NCBI RefSeq assembly: GCF_006345805.1
Contig: NC_043001.1
Coordinates: 71,300,001-71,364,000, forward strand
Direction: 5' to 3'
Origin: Octopus sinensis
Lineage: Eukaryota
Length of the DNA stretch: 64,000 nucleotides
The position numbers and the translations under genes were made by a program. Numbering within the stretch: the stretch's first letter is position 1; each line of letters opens with the position of its first letter. A model generated the notes under the pieces. That model saw only the letters and a list, made by a program, of their open reading frames with translations, was not told the DNA's origin and searched no databases. Shown here one piece after another: positions 39,306 to 53,865 of the stretch.

Positions 39306-39789
39306 TATTTAATTAAATTGGCTATGAAAGTCGTACACAAATGGAGAAGCTGCGGGCTGGACAAAGACATTAATGAGTTGAGATGAATAATGAACAGGAT
39401 GGTATTAATGAGAGAAGACAAAAGACACCCGCCGATCTTTGCTTCTCTAAAACATTGTTCTTTTGTGAACTTACAATTTGAGGCAATAAACTTCTTATCA
39501 TTATTTCTTTTGCACTCAAGGTCCTTTCAATGAAGCACTAAGCCTCTTACCTCAAATGACACCATGACCTTGAAATGAGGCACTTGGCCTCTTACAGTTT
39601 TCTTCTTATGGGCCATATGCCCTTTCAATACGAGGCACTCATCCTCTTACTTTAACAATTTCCCGCTCCACCGGCACCCCTTCCTTTACGAAGTGACACT
39701 CAGGCACTCTGATAGTGCCAAATCAGGGTACCTCGATTGGAAGCGGAATACGTCCACAGGGAAGGAGTCCATTTCAGGTTATGTCTCCT

Positions 39790-40810
39790 CCACTGGTAAG
39801 CTTTTAAAAAATGCTTTTGCATCGCCTCTCACTTTCTGAAGAGAACCAAATATTGCTCCTCCATTGGGTCGAGGCTACAACTTCCTCCGTCAGTGGCACA
39901 AATTCCAACGACGGGGCTTCGGAACATGTCGGCAATGTATTAACCGCCGACACTGGCCCTTTTTCTTCTTTTTTCTCCCCTTTGCTACAGGAGGGAATGG
40001 TTCCTCTGCTTTAACCGGAGGATCTTCCCTCGCTACAGCAGTCTCGGGGTCCTTTGGTGGGCAACCATTGTTGCTCACCTTCCTTTTTTTCTCCTTTTTT
40101 TTGGGGGGGGGGCGGGGCTACCTCCGTCTCTCCCTCCGAAGGAAGAGATGGGGTTTCTTCCAATACTAACTGTTCCAGGATCTTACCTTGGTCATTGGGA
40201 AAGTTCTTTTTAATATGGCCTGGTTCCAGACACAGGTGACACTTGGTGGGGGGGCGTCCCTCAAGTATCACCGGATACCTAGAACCGGCCATTTTCAAGA
40301 AGTCTGCGAAAGCCATATTCTTGGCTGATTGGGTCCACGGTGTCAAAACCGCTTTTGACTCCACCCAATCAGCCGCCGGCAAAATTGTGACATTGAGGAG
40401 CTTGGCACCGCTGCCACCCAGACCCCAGCAAATAGTGTCTCCTATCCACTCGGGTTCTATTCCGGGTGGCAAACAGCAGACCCATGCCCTTGTCAACTTC
40501 CTCCAACAATACGTGGGAAGAAACAGTATTTATTCGCCCTCTAAGGGCTGACTTGCAAAATTGCGAGCCTCCTCAGGGGTGTCAAATAGCAACCACACTG
40601 CCGTGTATTGGACACTTCTGGAAATAAATTTTACAGTTGGCATAAACTCCACCAACTCTCTTTCTATGTCTTTCGTTTTCAAGAAGGTAATGGTGTTTGG
40701 CGACTTTTTAGTATGTCCGCAACACCACCATCCTCTCTTCCAAATCTTTCGCCTATTCTTTGGGTGGAACAATCCCCCACTCCAAAACAGTGTCTTGTTT
40801 CTTTGACATG
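39790..40810 (-). pseudogene. Retroelement ORF1/gag-like pseudogene with CCHC-type zinc knuckle (Tx1/L1-like by inference)
   Basis: ORFs 40530..40997 and 40011..40496 are the same frame split by one TAA (…QPLEGE*ILFLPTYCWRKLTRAWVCCLPPGIEPEW…). It contains GRPPTKCHLCLEPGHIKKNFP (C-x2-C-x4-H-x4-[C>F]). Confidence 0.65.
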
Positions 40811-42276
40811 TTCTTTGAAGAAAACAATGTTCAACGGAAAGACACAAGACAAGGAAAGAAAACAGTTCAAGAAAAAAGTTCAAAAAAGAAAGTGATATAT
40901 ATATATAATGTATATGTGAATATTTGTGCGTACGTGTGTGTTTAGAATTATGTATTCGAGGCACGGTAATATATAAGCTAAGATCCAGGTACATCAAGAT
41001 ATTAATTGCGTTTCAATTCACTGTTGTAGTTTTGTTTTGTTGTTTTTTTGTTTTAAATTCTTCGTTTTCCAATGACATGAATATAACAGACTCGCTGCGA
41101 TCCGTTTTCTAATAGATATAGCAGGTTGTTAGATACATTTAGTCGATAAATATATGAGAATGAATGATAGATACATTTCATTCACAGATATATGTTATTG
41201 ATAATGGTACATGATTGACAATGGACATCTGATTATGTAACTTGAAGCAATCTTTATCTTATACATAAATATCTAGCGCGTCGCAGGTAGCATAAACATA
41301 TTATGTTATTTATTGGACTGCAGCTGTTATGGGGCACTACAATCAAAGTATTTATTTCATATCGTTCATAATACATAATGATGTTTGTTTTATCAAGCTC
41401 GGAAGAGAAGGAAAATTTACCCAAACATTGAAAAATGTCAAACCTGTGACGGAACAAAATGCGACAGGGCAATTTTGTCCAGTATTTCAATTCTGCAATC
41501 CGACGCTGATATATTTGGTCTTATGTGTATGTATGTGCACCACAAAAATACCATAATGTAATTACGAGTTAAAATTTATCTCAGGAATTCCTATAACATA
41601 TAACTTCCAGACGAAATGTTATAAATACAAATTAAAACCTTGATCTAGAAACAATAAGGAGTATGGCCTTTTATACCTTCAACATTAGAATTAAATAAGA
41701 CAATAGAAACAATTAAAAGTAGACTCACGCCTATACCAAACTGTACAAGAAGCCTATACAATTTGACCAAGATTGACAAAATAACAAGCGAAAAAGGGAA
41801 CATTCAAAGAAACACATAGAGATCTTTTAATAAACCCATCGTCAGCTGCTCGATTAGAAATCATCATAGTATCAACACCAAACATGTATGTGTGTGTTTA
41901 TATATGCACACATGTACGTGTGTGTATGCGTATATGTATGTACGCAAATGTGTATAAAAGATGTTGCATATCCTCTCTTAGTTTTAATTTTTTTAAATCT
42001 TCCTAAAAGAAACTGGTTTCCAACAAATGTACAAAACTCCATCTTTGGTATGTAGATGACAAATAGTATATCACATATTGAACTTGGGGTAAGTCCTGCA
42101 TATTTTTTTTTCCACTAACAAATTATTTTTGTAATGTGCATGTTAGCTGGTTGATTTCTTTTTCTGAAAACTCAAGCTTTTCCTGTTCGACTGGAAAATA
42201 TTTGTTAAGCAAGTTATTGGAATAAGTGTTAAGTAGTAATTACATTATGATGATATGCATACATACATACCGTATA

Positions 42277-42337
<61 letters not shown>

Positions 42338-42384
42338 TGTGTGTGTGTGTGTGTGTGTGCGTATGTATATATGTATATACATAC

Positions 42385-42415
<31 letters not shown>

Positions 42416-42599
42416 TTCTTTTTTCTTTTATACGTTTCAGCCCTAAGGGTTATCAATGCTTAGTCACCGCAGTAAATAAATAAATAAATAAATGTGTGTG
42501 TGCGTGCGCGTGTACGTGTGTTTACAGGTGACCACGTATGTGTGAATTTATGTACGTATAAGTGTATTTGCATGTATATGTCAAGTACACTCGCATGAT

Positions 42600-43200
42600 C
42601 TCAATAAAATAATCATATCTCTTCGTCATTGATGCATACTACAATGAATACTCTCAACAAATAATTATTCACTTGAAGTATCCGTGGAAACTCTACGGTA
42701 CAGACAAAACTTTTGAGATGTTTGTAAGTTTATACATAATATTTAATGTTCTTTATAAATTGTATATTCTGCATTATTTTCATTTAGAAACACCTTTCAG
42801 TTCCTGATAAGTCTGTAATTAAGTGAGCATGTCTTTCCCATTTTCTCAGCAATTCAGATGTTCTTTAATAATCTCAGAGCTTCACAATGAATACAGTGAA
42901 TATTCATGTCACCAATGTTGTAACTGCCAACCATATGTCTACAGATTTTGTTCGTTTCGACGTTCTCTCTGATTTTCCTTTTATATTCTATCTTGAACAC
43001 ACTTTCTTTAATCTTTTGTAAATATTCATTCCATACTCTTTCATTCATATTTCCCTTCTACTCGCTGATGCACCCGTATATGTTCTAGTGAGTTGACCCT
43101 CTGCTTTTCTTTACGTTGTTGCCTATATTCACTCATTTTCTTCTCGTGTTAGCTTGCAACGTCTGTCATCCATGTTTTATAAACAAATATAAATTTTCAA
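42600..43200 (-). mobile_element. Helitron Rep N-terminal remnant
   Basis: SYNIGDMNIHCIHCEALR resembles the Helitron IGxMxxxCxxCxA zinc-binding motif. Confidence 0.6.
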
Positions 43201-44169
43201 GCGAGCAGATGATGAATAATCGCACTTATCCGTTTGCATTAAGTGATAGAAAATATAACAAAAATAAATTAGTTCAATTAAATAAAATCTAGAGTTTTCA
43301 CTCTCTTCTCATCGCGAACACCTCTACCACCATCAATATCACCGCCATCATTATCACAACCACAACCGTCATAAAAATTTTCAGTAACAAAGCATAGCCT
43401 AATTTTTGTGTGCGAAACAAAGATTAATTCATTTCAGCTGTTTGTTTATATCGACTTTTCTTGTTGTCAGTACAAAGTTCGAAGAACGAATTTTAAAAAA
43501 AACAGCAGCTACGGGTATTTTGTTAAGTTATTTCACTTTCATTATAAAATATATCTTTCTAACTATGATAACTTTATTATTATGTCTAACGTAAGCATTC
43601 ATTCTACCGTCTAGTCATCGATGTATTTGTTAATGTGGATAGATATATAAATAAATCGACAGGTAGAAAATATTCAAACATTGAATACTAACATATTATT
43701 TACCTGTTAGTCACGCTCTGCTAATCCCTTTATATTTCTCTCTCTCTCTTTCTTTCTCTCTCGCTTTCTCTCATTATTTCCCTCTCTCTATCTCTCTCTT
43801 TCTCTCTCTCACTTTCTCCCACTTTTCTTTATTTAACCTCACCATCAGAACATCACCTCTCCACTAAACATTGTATTTCTAATCCTCTTTCTCTATATTA
43901 CACTCATCAACTAGTACAACTAGTATTTGCTTCCTCTCTAAACTGGAAGAGAACTGTGCTACGATAATCATCGTAGAGAATAAATCTTAGCAGTAACAGT
44001 CGTACATCTATTCGTACACACAAGACACACTACATATACATATGTAGTATACACACACACATATATACACACAAATATATGGATATATATATATATATGT
44101 ATACATATACACACATACACATGCATATATGCATATATAATCTTCTCTCTTCGCTCTTATACGCCATTT

Positions 44170-44600
44170 GGTCTCAACTCTCCCCCCCTCCTCATCTAAC
44201 CCCCCTCTCCCCCTCCTCACCTATCCTCCTCCCCGACCCCTACTTCTTCAGTCCTTCATCCTTTCACCCCTACTCCCCTTCCCTTCTTCCCGCTTTCTCC
44301 CTCCCTCCTTCCATCTTCCCTCTGCTCCCTCACTCCCCTTCTCTCCCCCTACCCACTCTTTCCTCACCTATCCTTCCCCCCGACCCCTACTTCTTCAGTC
44401 TTCATCCTTTCACTCCTACTCCCCTGCCTTCTTCCTCTTTCCTCCCCCTCCCTCTTCCCTCTCCCTTCTGCTCCCTCACTCCCCATTCTCTCTCCCCCTC
44501 CCCTCTTTCCTCATTCCTCCCCCTCATCCTCCCCTTCCTTCCCCCTCTCTCCTCCCCCTCTTCTTCCCCTCCCCTTCTCCCCCTCTTCTCCTCACTACAC
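44170..44600. repeat. Polypyrimidine (C/T) tract with internal duplication, followed by ACATACTAAT-type repeats to ~44860
   Basis: TCCTCACCTATCCT.CCCCCGACCCCTACTTCTTCAGTC occurs twice (~44214 and ~44361); the tract is almost purine-free. Confidence 0.85.
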
Positions 44601-45034
44601 CACACGACTTTACACATTACATCATACATGATGTGCCATACTAACACATACACCAACTAATACATACTAATACGAGTACTAATACATACTAATACATATA
44701 ATACATACCACCAACCTTATACATACACACGTCCAGACCCCTCATACGCACTTATACTCTCTCATACACACACACACACACTTATACATACTAATACGTA
44801 CTAATACATACTAATACATACTAATACATACACCAACCCCATACATACGCCTGTCCAGACCTATCCTAGGGTCATTCAACCCTATTATCAACCCTATTAT
44901 CTCCCCTTATTTCGCTCTCGCGTCTCATGTTTGATCTTTGACCTCTGGCCGAAATCAGATCGCCATGTTGATTCGTTAGTTACTGCACGCATTTTTTTCT
45001 CTCCTTCTTTCTGTGTTTTTTTTCTCTCTGTGTA

Positions 45035-45072
45035 TCTTTCTGTTGAAGAGCGTAGGCTCGAAACGTTAAAGA
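45035..45072 (+). ncRNA. Minimal type I hammerhead-like motif (repeat family H2)
   Basis: TCTTT-CTGTTGA-A-GAGC/GTAG/GCTC-GAAA-CG-T-T-AAAGA; A6>T departs from the canonical core; degenerate sibling at 57718-57753. Confidence 0.45.
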
Positions 45073-45169
45073 CTTGTTTTATTTATATTTCCTGAGCGCC
45101 ATACTAATACAATTGTTTGTTTGTTTTCCACCTGCCTTCGTCTTTTGTCTATTTTCATAAAGCTTCCCG

Positions 45170-45239
<70 letters not shown>

Positions 45240-45306
45240 TGTATATATATATATTATATATATATATATATATATCTCGTAGAGAATAAATCTTAGCATT
45301 AACAAT

Positions 45307-45530
45307 CGAGCTGGCAGAATCGTTAGCACGCCGGGCGAAATGCGTAGCCGTATTTCGTCTGCCGTTACATTATGAGTTCAAATTCCGTCGTGGTTGACTT
45401 TGCCTTTCATCCTTTCGGGGTCGATAAATTAAGAACCAGTTTCGCACTGGGGTCGATGTAATCAACTTAATCACTTTGTCTGTCCTTGTTTGTCCCCTCT
45501 ATGTTTAGCCCCTTGTGAGTAGTAAAGAAA
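45307..45530 (+). mobile_element. SINE family A
   Basis: CGAGCTGGCAGAATCGTTAGCACGCCGGGCGAAATGC...GAGTTCAAATTCC (A/B-box-like motifs). Confidence 0.8.
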
Positions 45531-45944
45531 TATATATATATATATATATAAATCAAATTTACAGAAAACAAAAGACGAAAACAGGTGTAGGAACAACAAG
45601 CAGGTGTGTTAGGGTAACCCTTTGGAAGAATGGAAAAGTCTTTTACGTTTCGGGCCCACGATCTAAGACAGAAAGGATTAAGAAGGAAAGAAAATTTAAA
45701 AAAAGGTAAGAGAGAAAAAAAAGTTTTTTGAATGGATCAACATGACGAAATAGCCACAAGAAGGCTGAATGAAATGGAGATAATGGTGATGACCTAGTCA
45801 AAGGCATTTATTCTCATTTACGTGCGTAACTATGTGTGTCAGTGTATATGTATAAACGGGGGTCTTTTGAGCGAGCTGAAAAATATGTGGATATGCGTGT
45901 TTGTGTGTGTGTGTATAAGTGACCAACTGCGTATATTACGTAGT

Positions 45945-45998
<54 letters not shown>

Positions 45999-46639
45999 TA
46001 ATGAGGGTAGAAATTGATATCAATCAATTAAAACAAGTGGCTTAGCATATTTTAAAAAATCCGAAGATTAAAAATTATATGATGCAAAATTAAACGAATG
46101 ACCACCAAGGTGGGCTCCTAATACGTTAAAGATAGACGTCAAATCGGTTTACGATGAGTGTGTTCATTCTCATGATAAGGCGATTTATGTCTATTTTAAG
46201 CATATTAGGAGACCACCTTGGTCGTCATTCCTCTTAATTTTGTATGTAATATATATATATTACACACAAAATATATATATGACATACAATATATATATAT
46301 ATATATTGGAATATCCGGATCTGCAATTAAAAAAATGGAATAGAATGTTTTCTTCTTACAGAAAAGCAGCATCCCATACAAAAACTGAATCCGTCCGTTT
46401 ATACAGCAAGAGATTGTGGTGGACACTGCCTGAAGAATGGAGTTCATGCAGTCAGTATTTTCTGTGTATTCTAAACTCCATTCAAGATTCTTATAGCTGT
46501 TCCGCTATGTTGTCATTAGTAAACATATCCATGATCTGGACGCTGGTTAGACAATTGAAAGCACACTCGCTGCGCTTTATATATCCTTCGCTGTGGTACA
46601 CACGCGCATACATACTTACGCTCACGCACTCGCTATATA

Positions 46640-46720
<81 letters not shown>

Positions 46721-48962
46721 ATATATATAGATATGTATATAACACACACTAAGAATGCACACTCTTATATAACAAATGTATATCAAGATGAATTGAAGTA
46801 GAAGACAGTTGATGTTTCCGATTTAATTCGCATGAATTTATCGATAATTAATTGGAAATACATTTGAAAAGAGAGGTTCTCTTCCTTTCCTACAAATACT
46901 CAATCTCACACATGCACTAATACATATGTGTGTGTATGAGTGTGTGTATGAGTGTGTGTGTGTGTGTGTGTGTACATTTACATACAGGTGTGTGCATATA
47001 GATATATATATATATATATACACATATATATATGCATGTATGTGTGTATGTATGTATTATATATGTATGAATCCTGAAATTGGTCATTCCTGGTGTTAAT
47101 TTTATGTACTCTTACGACTTTATTTTAGTTTGTCTTTCTTTAATCTTCAAAGAACAACTTAAACTTGACAGAGAAACGTGATAAGGGTTTACAGTCGGCT
47201 TCAAGCGACGGACTGTTGTCAATTGGAATCTTCTCATCCAGAAAATTTCTTTCGATCTTATGTTAATGATCATGATTGATTGTCTCCTTCTAATACAAGA
47301 TTATAAATATCTTTAAGTATCCAAGATTTAGTGTGGCGTTCATAAATATTTGAACAACTAGAAGTATCGCAGTAGCAATTTATCATTATTAGATGAGATA
47401 AACGATCCTCTGAAAAGATATTTCTTTTTTAGATGTATTGTGTAATTTCTTATTTTGATAAGTCACGTGAGTGATTACTTTAGCAATATGGTAGATGGCT
47501 AGAGGAGTGGAATATAAAGTAAGATCACGCAGTAGAATATATATGCAACATCTGAAACGAGGAAGTGAAACAGAAGATAAATCGTGTAAGATTTCATCCT
47601 ATTTTGATTTTTATTGAAGAATAGTGAAGACGGACATGTGAATTTTCTCGAAATTATAAAAAGCGTATACGATCTGAGAATTTTAGTGTGAAGTGAATAA
47701 GAAATAAATCCTATTACGGATAACATGTCCAAACGGTCGAATGCCTACTCCTAACACATAGGTGGATTGAGATATGAAGAACTATTTACCCAAGACCTGC
47801 TGCAGATTTTAAATGTGGACAATTTGAGATAGATAGACAGATACATGATAGATAGATAGATGCATGTATGTATGTATGTATACATACACAAACACTTGCA
47901 CATTACACATGCACATGTACACATATACATGCGTGCTTGTAAGTTTGCATCTGTGTATATGTATTTGTTCTGTACCAGTTCACGAATGAATAAAATAATG
48001 ATATGTACATATATATTTTAACACGATCCTGCACACTTGAATGTGAATGGTATTTGAAACGGATTTTGACTCGGAGAAAAGTTTCCCCTTGTAAATTGTA
48101 TGTGTATGTAATGCAATCAAGGCCAGCGGACTACAAGGCACCAATGCTTCAGCGTGAATTCACGTCTCAGGCATGAATTCCGCATCTGACTTTTGGAATA
48201 GGCAAGAAGTGTTGTTTCTATGTAGAAAATAATAGACAAAACATTTTGCTTGTGTGTATCGATGTAGGAACCCGGAATTAGTTCGAACTCGCGTCATTTG
48301 GCAGTTCCGGCGCCCATAGCAGACGAATCTCGTCTACCAACGATATAAATGTGAGTGCTTTTATTCAGCATGTGTCCATGTGAGAGATCCTCTCAAGGTA
48401 AATGTCGTAGAAAGGATTGTAGAAACGTATAATCACACTCCCATAATTATGTAAGCGCCTACCTGGATGAGATTTTGCTAAATTTTGGATAATTAAAAGG
48501 CAAAGTTTAGGATAGAAAACCAGCAACAGTTGGCGAATACTATGCGTACAAATACCAAACAAAATGTTTATTGAAATTAGGGAATCCACGTTATTAGCAG
48601 TGCTTGGACTAGAATTGTCGTCTGTTTGAAAATGGGCGATCGTAATATAAATTCAATTCCCTGTGTAGTTCCTGATACATTTTTAAAGTGAAATATATTT
48701 ATATAAATACTTACTCAAAATGTACGTGTATTTCGGAGGTAATATACATATACACACAAATCCGCCGGGGTCGACTTTGCCTGTGATTCTTTCGAGTTCG
48801 ATAAATTAAGTACCAGTTGCGTACTGGGGTCGATGTAAACGATTGACCCTCTCCCCAAAAATTTCGGGCCTTGTGCCTAAAGAGAGTAGAAAAGAATACA
48901 CTCATACACACACACACACCCATATATATATATATATATATACTAACGCACTCACACACATT

Positions 48963-49049
<87 letters not shown>

Positions 49050-49809
49050 GTATATGTAAAAAATACAAACTGGGACACAAAACGTAAAACATTTAGAAGA
49101 CGATACAAAAAACACGGACGGGACATTCGAAGCCTTCAATCTTCAGTCAAGAACCGGATCATCCTCGCAATTTCGGCTGATTAATCTTGAGATCGCACCG
49201 ATCCAGCCAGCCCCAAGGAAAAACTAAGCTACGAGCATTAGATTTCTTGGAAAAAGACTCGAATGTATACGAAACAGGGACAGAAAAACGGAGGATGACA
49301 CACGAATATAAATACAAAAAGCAATAATAGTAATAGCAGGACAAAAACAGCGGGTGTCTTACGACTATAGACAGTACAACGTAGTAAGCTGGCGTATTTT
49401 GGAAAAAAATGCCTTTTTCGGCAGACGAAGAAAACGATGTTCTCACGGCGGTGGTCGGAAGCCGAAAGGCTGGTTGACCAGCGGTCATGTGAGAGGAGAA
49501 GAAAGAGAAAATAAAAGGAGCAAAGTAATCAAAGAGAAAGAGAAAAGGAGGGACAAAGGCACCAAAGAGGGGAGAAGAGAGAGAAAGAAGGAATTAAAGA
49601 GGGGGAAGAAATGAGCGTGCCAAGGATTGGCTTGGTGACAGAATCAGTGAGGTGCAAAGTGAGAAAGACAGAGAAATGTGAGAGAGTGGGGGAAGAGGAG
49701 ACCAAAGAATCAGAGGCAAGAAAATAGAAAAGGAGGAGGAGAAGAGAGAAAGAGACAGATCAAAATGGAGTGCAAAGTGTGAAAGGCAGAGACCCATAAA
49801 AGAGGAAGC

Positions 49810-51100
49810 AGATGCTAAAAATTATAAGCCCACCTCTCTGGTCACACACATCGAGCAAACTTATGGAACGAATAGTCCGCAGGAAAATAATTACGTTTCT
49901 TGAAGAAAATTACTTATTGAATGATACCCAACATAGTTTTCGATATGGTAGAAGCTGTCTGACACAGTTGTTACAGCACAGAGTGTTAAAGTAGCTGCTC
50001 AACAATTCAACTGTGGATGTGCTTTACAAAAGTCTTAGATAAAGTACACGACGGTATGATATGTCACAAGCGGGGGGATCTCGGCATAGTGGGAAAACGT
50101 GGAGAGTGGCTACACGACTTTCTAAGAGCTAGAAGTCAGGCAGTGGTGACTAATGGAGCCATTTCTAAAGAATCACAAATAGTAAGTAGTATTTCACATA
50201 GCACTGTCTTAGGGCCACTGCTGAACATATTGTCCCTCTCAGAAATGTCTCGGTTGTCCAGATAGCCACCATTGGTAGCGTAGCTATTCATATGATACAA
50301 AAGTCTCTCAGAGGATACAGAATCCTAGAAATATTGCCCCCCCCCCCCGCAACAGAAATTGGACTCAATATACAGGTGGGTTGAGGACAATAAATTGCAT
50401 ATTAATACTGGAAAATTAGGGCAACCAGAGCACATAGCTGAATGAAGTGCAGACAAGATACAGTTTCCCAGTAAGGATTGCAATTCCTGAATTAAAATCA
50501 GTGCGCGGCTTGGGCATTGACATGAGTAATGATGCTGGCTAGGTGGATCGTTTGAAGTTTCAGAACAAGAAAGAGAATAGGCAACCATGATGGGCCTCTG
50601 GAGGACATACGCTCTCAGATGCTTCGACTGCTGCTCTCAACTCTGGTCACTAAACAGTATAAAATTAACGGCGAAACTCGAAGCAACTCAGCGAAGCTAC
50701 ACAATGAAGAACATCTCAGTACAGCATGTGAGCTACGGGGAAAGGCTGAAAAAGACTCTATTCCTCAGAACGAAAGTAGAAAAGTTATGCAGTGATATGA
50801 ATCTGAAAATACTGGAAGGACTTGTACCAAATTTTAGCATTAGAAGTTACAGAGACAACTGAACGGGACGTCACTACATGGTGCCAAAGATCCCAACATC
50901 GCCATTAATATATGAACCAGATACTACAGCTGTTTGATTTCTAGAGCCAATAACACTTTCATAACCTTCCACAAAGGTGTGAATATAGGAGTCTTCAGAA
51001 CAAAACTGGATCTCATGCTGTCAAGTATTCCGAATCAGCAGGAAACGGAGATGAACAGCATCATTCACCAAATGTGACATATCACAGGAGATCTGATGTA
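49810..51100 (+). mobile_element. Decayed CR1-clade LINE reverse transcriptase and C-terminal region
   Basis: SKLMERIV...LLNDTQHSFRYGRSCLTQLL...FTKVLDKVHD...WLHDFLRARSQAVV...STVLGPLL...CSQLWS...LEATQRSYT...SYGERLK. Confidence 0.85.
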
Positions 51101-51184
51101 GTGAAGCTAACAGATATGCCCAGCATTGCCGCAGGTCATAAGCTGAACCTATTTAAAGTGTATATCTCTTATTATAATATATAT

Positions 51185-51622
51185 ATAAACGAAAGATTTT
51201 ATGTTAAGTTATAACTTCCAAATGTCGAAATTTCAATTGATTCTCTTTGGTAAGTGTGGATTGACTACGGAAATATAACAGGTATGAATCAAAAAATTTC
51301 ATCGCTTAGGGAAATGCTAGGAGTTAAAAGTTTGTTTTTCATAGAATGAAATCAGTATATATCTTTGACATGCAAAGCCGCAGGTAATCATATTCCAAAT
51401 GAAAATGTTTGAGATTTCTCATTTAAGCAAAAGATAGAAACCCTGGAGAGGTGAAATGCAAAGTTGAAATCGTGATGTACAGTGCCCGAAGAGAGAGTCG
51501 CTGGGCATTCTGTCCGACACGCTAACAATTTTGCCACCGTGCCACTTTCTCCAATCCACCGTTACTATTGTGACAATATTGCGGTGTATGTAGTATGTAT
51601 GTATGTATATATATATATATAT

Positions 51623-51665
<43 letters not shown>

Positions 51666-51984
51666 ATAAAGTTAATCCAAACAAGAGAAAGCACAAAAAA
51701 ACACAACAAGCGAGGACGTGGAACAAATATAGTATAGTATTGACGCTCAGGAAAGAAGAAAAAGGAGGGTTTAACGTTTCAAGCGGAGCTCTTCGTCGGA
51801 AACATAGGAGAAGGAAAGATCCAGAGAAGGGAAGACAGAGGAAAAAAAATCGCCAACGGTACACACGAGGTCATACCCTTTGCTTAGTTCGATTCGTCGT
51901 CTTTTTAACAACAACCACAAAGTGAATATGTTTTTCCCCTTCAACAATAGAGAGCAGTCGTCGTATTTTCTACCATTACTATAT

Positions 51985-52078
<94 letters not shown>

Positions 52079-52779
52079 GGATGGATAGACAGATAGATAG
52101 ATAGATAGATATAAATATAGATATAGATACATACAATATATATATATATAGATAACCTTATAACCTTATAACCTTATAACCTTATGCCTTTACTTTATAA
52201 CCTTATGCCTTTATATTCATTTATATTTTTTTATATTCTTTATATCCCCTTTATATCTCCTTATATCTCTTTATATCTTATACTCTACATTTTTATATTT
52301 TTCTATAATTACACTTTTATATATTTTTTATCCTTCCTGAATTCTCGCCCCTCCATCTTTACCCCTATACTCTTATTACCAGGTTCCTTCACGTCTATAT
52401 ATGTATTTATTTATTAATTTATTTACATTACTTCAACATCCAATTTTCCCCATTCTACATTGAGAGAAGATAGAGATGGACGCTTCAATTCTATGCTGTT
52501 GCCGCATTATGTCGTACGCGAATGAGAGGATTTGCATCCCCAACCAAGAATTTTTGATGTACACATCATGTCCTTGTGGAAGCTGTTGTGCGCGGCTGAA
52601 GAAGGCCACAGAATACATTATGCATTGTTATAATTGTCTCTAATAAAGGCCCGAAACATATTTGTACCGCTGAATCCTTGGCATCATGTTTTTATTTTGA
52701 TCAATTTACTCCACCACCTACACCACCAAACGGTATACACAGGTGCTTATAATTTCAAGTACTCACCCCGAATTTCTAT

Positions 52780-52860
<81 letters not shown>

Positions 52861-53274
52861 CAGACATAGATATATCACGTGACGTGACTGACCAGACCAT
52901 CAGATGTTGCTACACATCGCTGTTTTAGCCCTCGAATGACGCCACCCCGCTGGCTAAGCGAGCAAGCCAACAGACGAAAAAGTCACAGAAAAAGTGATGA
53001 AAGAGGATCACCACACCCTGCCGGAGCGTCGTACACAAACCGAGATCCTACGACCGCGAGTCCGCTGCCCGAACCACTGGGCCATTGCGCCTCCACAGAT
53101 ATATAGATATACACCAACAAACACACACACACACAACACACACACACACACCACACATATATATATTATATATATATAATTATATATATATATATATATG
53201 CATATATACATACATACGTACATACGTACATACATACATACATACATACATACATACATACATACATACATACA

Positions 53275-53308
<34 letters not shown>

Positions 53309-53812
53309 CATACATATGTTTGTATGTATATGTATATACATATACTTTGCTCATTGACAACTACAGCACTTCTGTTATTATTAATAATACACAAAATTAT
53401 TCGAACATGTTTGACTGAACAGCGGAAAAGATAGATTATTAGGTTTCTATACTTTGTAAGAAAGACAGGCATTATTATTTGAAAATGTTGTGAATTAAAC
53501 TGAGTTTCTGAAATGAAGCTTTGAGAATATCTAGACAGAAGTAAAATTGTGTATGTATATACATGCGTACATACATATGTGTGTGTATGTGTGTGTTTGT
53601 GCATGTATATGTGTATATATGCATGTATACGTATATGTGTAGTTGTATGTATGTATATATATATATATATATATTATACATACCTCGTTCAGAGATTTAT
53701 TATGCTTATATATACATACATATGCTTACATATGTATGTATGTATGTATGTATGTATGTTGTATGTATGTATACATATATATATATATATATATATAGAT
53801 ATATATATATAT

Positions 53813-53865
<53 letters not shown>

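Noticed and set aside
39520-39660. Repeat-spacer-repeat pattern resembling a mini CRISPR array
   Set aside because: Eukaryotic context, only three imperfect 21-nt units, unequal spacers and no cas genes; kept only as a structured-RNA finding.
41398-41560. Short frame EKCQTCDGTKCDRAILSSISIL resembling the end of a Ly6/three-finger GPI protein
   Set aside because: The terminal motif should be CN, the hydrophobic tail is interrupted by QSDAD, and no upstream exons were found.
48268-48350. CpG-rich 83-bp segment between AG and GTGAGT
   Set aside because: All three frames contain stops; there is no evidence for a non-coding exon without RNA data.
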